From Bilabrum cf. latius (Eukaryota): DNA of 64,000 bases. Position 1 is the stretch's first letter. Each line of letters begins with the position of its first letter. Where the stretch lies: assembly GCA_965178125.1 (NCBI GenBank), contig OZ237764.1:744001-808000 (forward strand), read 5' to 3'. Both the position numbers and the translations under genes were made by a program. Below the pieces are notes generated by a model that was not told the origin of the DNA, searched no databases, and saw nothing but the letters and a program-made list of their open reading frames with translations. Shown one piece after another: positions 63,592-64,000 of the stretch.

Positions 63592-64000
63592 ATGCTGGTG
63601 CAACGAATGGCCTTTGTGCTATTATTATTAGTGTGTATGCGGGATACAGAATCATCGTAGCGATAGCAGCTGCAGGTTTTGGTCGAAGGCTGGTCATCGT
63701 ACTTGCATAGCTACGCAATTGTAGGCAAGTCGCTCACTGTGGGTCTCTTGCAGCAAAGGGGTGCTTCCGTCCGGTTCAGAGAAGTAGGCCAAGGGCCACA
63801 CACGACACTTTCGCCACATTAGAATGTCTCCGCGCTTCCTACTCTAGAGGAAGCCCAATTCGATTCAGTTCCGACAGCGTGTTTTCCAGATGAGTGCACT
63901 CGCGGACCGAGCGCTGGGAGCGTTTTCCCTATCAAATTGACAGGAAACGAATCAAATACTAAATCGTCTTAGAATGGAGAGATCGTACGATGGGAGCCAC
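63592..64000 (+). CDS. 5' part of a putative glycosyltransferase with signal anchor (runs off window; absent from ORF track)
   Basis: MLVQRMAFVLLLLVC...VLVEGWSSYLHSYAIV; frame open to the window end apart from TAG at 63658, 63664, 63820, 63970. The VEGW..HSYAIV motif recalls bacterial GT4-like N-termini (from memory). Confidence 0.55.

Noticed and set aside
1-64000. Mass pseudogenisation or sequencing error as the cause of internal stops
   Set aside because: Internal stops are exclusively TAG, catalytic motifs are largely intact, housekeeping genes are affected, and duplicated copies share the TAGs.
1-64000. Ciliate-type code (UAA and UAG = Gln) or all-three-stops-reassigned code
   Set aside because: No in-frame TAA or TGA in any exon. 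TAA sits at the expected C-termini of eIF3d and UNC-50 and closes four other genes.
1-64000. Pyrrolysine or prokaryote/phage amber recoding
   Set aside because: Spliceosomal introns and eukaryote-specific genes; no pyl genes; TAG occurs at ordinary Gln-like positions in unrelated proteins.

Overview
Gene-dense, GC-rich eukaryotic nuclear DNA from a protist, with short GT..AG introns (typically GTGAG..CGCAG). The gene style looks like a stramenopile/bicosoecid, but that is inference only. The dominant signal is a variant nuclear genetic code. About 80 in-frame TAG codons interrupt 21 of the 22 gene models I could reconstruct, including conserved housekeeping genes (eIF3d, COP9 subunit 7, TRMT2A, UNC-50, Tul1-like E3 ligase, CFAP410, ABCG transporter, inositol 5-phosphatase). 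Every model whose 3' end lies in the window terminates on TGA or TAA, never TAG. TAG falls on conserved Gln positions and inside CAG/Gly-Gln runs, so UAG most likely encodes Gln while UAA and UGA remain stops. The supplied standard-code ORF track therefore fragments or hides most genes. Also present: a 2.7-kb TIR DNA-transposon relic with a TAG target-site duplication, a 1.9-kb near-identical gene duplication ending at a 22-bp hairpin, an inverted mosaic relic of the ABCG gene, a 24-bp coding minisatellite, and several unusual domain architectures. No rRNA, tRNA or CRISPR array was seen. Family assignments come from remembered motifs, not database searches.
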